Source: Amoebidium appalachense (taxonomy: Eukaryota > Protista > Ichthyosporea). Taken from it: 64,000 nucleotides of DNA. The notes beneath the pieces are model-generated. The model worked only from the letters and a program-made list of their open reading frames with translations, searched no databases and was not told the DNA's origin. A program made the position numbers and the translations under genes. Every line of letters begins with the position of its first letter. The stretch's first letter is position 1. Positions 61,838 to 64,000 of this stretch are shown piece by piece. The stretch covers positions 4,950,043 to 5,014,042 of the forward strand of contig CAVNZM010000016.1 in the NCBI GenBank assembly GCA_963693365.1, read 5' to 3'.

Positions 61838-61984
61838 GCTTGTGCGTGAATGCCAGCGTGTGGTGATTTGTCTAGTGAAACGATCCGCTAAGAAAGGCGA
61901 GAAAGAGGGACGTGGTGAGATGTCTGGCAACAATCGTTTGGCTGGGAGTTGTTGTGAGGGAGAATGTGTGAAAGCGTGAAAGTG

Positions 61985-62250
61985 ACAGGATTGGCCTCGT
62001 GTTGGTCTCTTATGTAGGATCGGTTTTCAGAAAGTACTGGTATGGCATGTCCACAGCGCCATTTGATTGGAGTTCAATTCGCGCGCTGATTGGTTGGCAG
62101 GGATGGTGATCTAGGTTGAGCTAATGTGATTGGTTCGCAAAATTCTCACAGCATTGAAGTGAGCCGCGATAATTAATTTGATTGGTAGATTTGCATATCC
62201 GATCTGACAGCCAATTTTGATCTTAGTCATGATTACACCAATCAAAACGC
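61985..62250. promoter_or_regulatory. Cluster of CCAAT/ATTGG boxes in a divergent intergenic region
   Basis: About 7 ATTGG/CCAAT motifs within ~260 bp. Confidence 0.45.
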
Positions 62251-62670
62251 GATAGCTGTCAGCCCTGAGAAGCGCAGCCGTGCTGGACACGACCAGTAAA
62301 TAAAAATTGCCACTTCCTCTTCCACACCTGTGTTGTGGACCGTAGCGCTTGCATGCATGGTGCTGCTCGTGCTGCTTGCCGCGTGCTGGCGCTCAGGGGG
62401 GGGGGGGGTGGGGTCTTGTTGTTTGTGTTAATGCACCGACAGCGTGCCCTTTGTGACACTTGCAGTGGGTTGTTGTTGTTGCCTTTTACAACCACCGCTC
62501 TGGACACAAGATCGAACAGCTATCAAATTGACCATATATATGACCAAGAAAAACAAGGTTGCCAAAGATCATTGTAGCAGTGCGTCCTCCGTCTTGGCGC
62601 GCCCTACGTCCCAGCGGTTTTTAGGTTCCATTAGCACTGCGATGCATAATGTCTGTGTGTGCTCCCCGAG

Positions 62671-62966
62671 TTGCTGGGGAGGGGGCGCTCCAAAGTATCT
62701 CTTCGGAAGGTATGACTTCTCCGAACATTGCAAACCTGAGATTTGACAACCCGAGTAACTCGTGGTTGCGCAGGGATGACATTGCCGCCGACCCGCACGA
62801 GTACCACCTGACCATCGACAACAGCACGCGCTTCATGCTCTACATGGGCACTTCGTTGGACGACCATGATGCACAGCTCAAGAGGGCTTCGATGTGGAGG
62901 GGCATAGCGCTTGCATGCATGGTGCTGCTCGTGCTGCTCGCTGGCGTGCTGGTGTACAGGTGGTAG
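62671..62966 (+). CDS. Small protein with C-terminal transmembrane anchor
   Basis: Ends GIALACMVLLVLLAGVLVYRW*; start uncertain (ATG at 62649 or 62712). Confidence 0.5.
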
Positions 62967-62994
62967 GGGGTGGGGGGGGTTCTTGTTGTTTGTG

Positions 62995-63534
62995 TTAATG
63001 CACCACCTTTCGATGTCGCCACAGCCCACTACGCCATGAGAAGGCCTTTGAGCACCCTTCCTCAGCGCATACGTAGGGGCGCTGACCTGTATGGACGCGG
63101 TTATGAAATTTAAGCGCGTTGGTGGTCTTGAGAATCGCCCCGCATCCAGTGACATCACATACCAACTGTTGTCTTGAATCGTGCACCCGTAAGTGCCTAA
63201 GAAGCGCACTCCTGTATGAAAAGCGAGCGCTACACCCATCGTGGTTGCATGCGTATGGGCGCTCACCCGTGTGCCTTCGTGTGTGTCGTAAAAGCCGTCC
63301 AGATTGTGGAGACCTGTAGTTGCACCCTTCGTACCTGCACTCGTATTTCTTTATTCCGGTGTGTATGGTCATGTGTGCATCCAGACCAACTTGTTGCGTA
63401 CACCTTACCGTACAACCAGGCCATGTACACGGATATGGTTTTTCACCGGTGTGAAATTTTGCATGACGTTGCAGGTTCTGCTTTGTTGCAAAAGTTTTAT
63501 TACATGTTGTACATCTATGATCTGTCATATTCAT
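62995..63534 (-). CDS. Intronless C2H2 zinc-finger protein, 6 fingers, 179 aa
   Basis: Six CxxC/CxxxxC...HxxxH units with TGEKPY, TGIKKY, TGERPY and TGQRPY linkers. Confidence 0.92.
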   Translation of the reverse strand: MNMTDHRCTTCNKTFATKQNLQRHAKFHTGEKPYPCTWPGCTVRCTQQVGLDAHMTIHTGIKKYECRYEGCNYRSPQSGRLLRHTRRHTGERPYACNHDGCSARFSYRSALLRHLRVHDSRQQLVCDVTGCGAILKTTNALKFHNRVHTGQRPYVCAEEGCSKAFSWRSGLWRHRKVVH

Positions 63535-63651
63535 TTATTGCACCAAAAAAAAAGGGAGATTGGCCACTGGGTAGTCAGGTAGTTGGGTTGTAGGTAGCTT
63601 TTACACTGGAAATATTTTTGTCCTTTTTATTTTTTTTGGAAAAGTAAGTTA

Positions 63652-63999
63652 CTACCTTTCGACCTGACTACCACTAAGTAAACCAACAGCCCAAGCAAGT
63701 AATTTATAATAAAAACCCATTTTGGTGTGTGTCGGGGTTGCTACTTGTTGTAAGATCCCCGTGGCTATGCAAGTGAACCGAGAAGGTCTTGCTCCATAGT
63801 CTAAGGCAGACATCTTTCGACAAACCAACCCGCTCAAACGACAAAACATAACAGCATCAAAAGCCACTGAATTGACCTTAGTTTTCGCTGGTTTTCCCAG
63901 AATATAATGAAGGGCACTACCAAACAGCTTCTGGCTTGGTTTCTGACTGCGCGCTGTCGCATTCCGCTCGTGCCACAGACGAAAGTAGTTGAACAGGTC
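63652..63999 (-). CDS. 3' end of an ORF entering from beyond the window; winged-helix-like (D5 helicase-primase C-terminus or RFX-like)
   Basis: Open frame DLFNYFRLWHERNATARSQKPSQKLFGSALHYILG... to TAG at 63652; fits the LY..Y/F..W...N...S.K.FG..L pattern. Confidence 0.5.
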   Translation of the reverse strand, partial: DLFNYFRLWHERNATARSQKPSQKLFGSALHYILGKPAKTKVNSVAFDAVMFCRLSGLVCRKMSALDYGARPSRFTCIATGILQQVATPTHTKMGFYYKLLAWAVGLLSGSQVER

Positions 64000-64000
64000 G

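Larger units (their letters stand above)
45337..64000. mobile_element. Putative endogenous large DNA virus (NCLDV-like) element, continuing beyond the window
   Basis: Shift to compact, mostly intronless ORFs including Bro/KilA-like + T5orf172, MYND, Cys-rich TM and a D5-like C-terminus; palindrome and repeat arrays at the left edge. No capsid or polymerase gene in the window. Confidence 0.65.

Overview
Eukaryotic genomic DNA in two parts. From 1 to ~45 kb it is an intron-rich host region whose introns are filled with microsatellites, homopolymers and minisatellites. It holds the 3' 17 exons of a divergent Hsp70 (+) and a ~19 kb multi-exon, probably secreted protein (-) built from EGF, F-type lectin, a Thr-rich stalk, 3 WSC domains, a TCAF-like/M60 metallopeptidase, EGF and a carbohydrate-binding-like domain. 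It also has an apparently intact LINE (ORF1 + APE/RT), two diverged copies of a polyA-tailed structured retroposon end, and a broken MFS transporter gene. From ~45.3 kb to the window end the sequence looks like an endogenised large DNA virus or related element. It opens with a ~451 bp loop-less GC-rich palindrome and three tandem-repeat arrays. These are followed by a spliced KDM4-like JmjN/JmjC histone demethylase with an unrecognised N-terminal domain. Compact intronless ORFs come next: a Cys-rich membrane protein, a doubled Bro/KilA-like + T5orf172 protein, a doubled MYND protein, a 6-finger C2H2 protein and a probable D5-helicase C-terminus, plus a 60-bp array with EcoRI-centred palindromes. 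The best candidate for a novel system is a hairpin-ended viral insert carrying a chromatin anti-silencing toolkit. No capsid or polymerase gene lies in the window, so the viral call is inference. All protein calls are by motif recognition, not database search.
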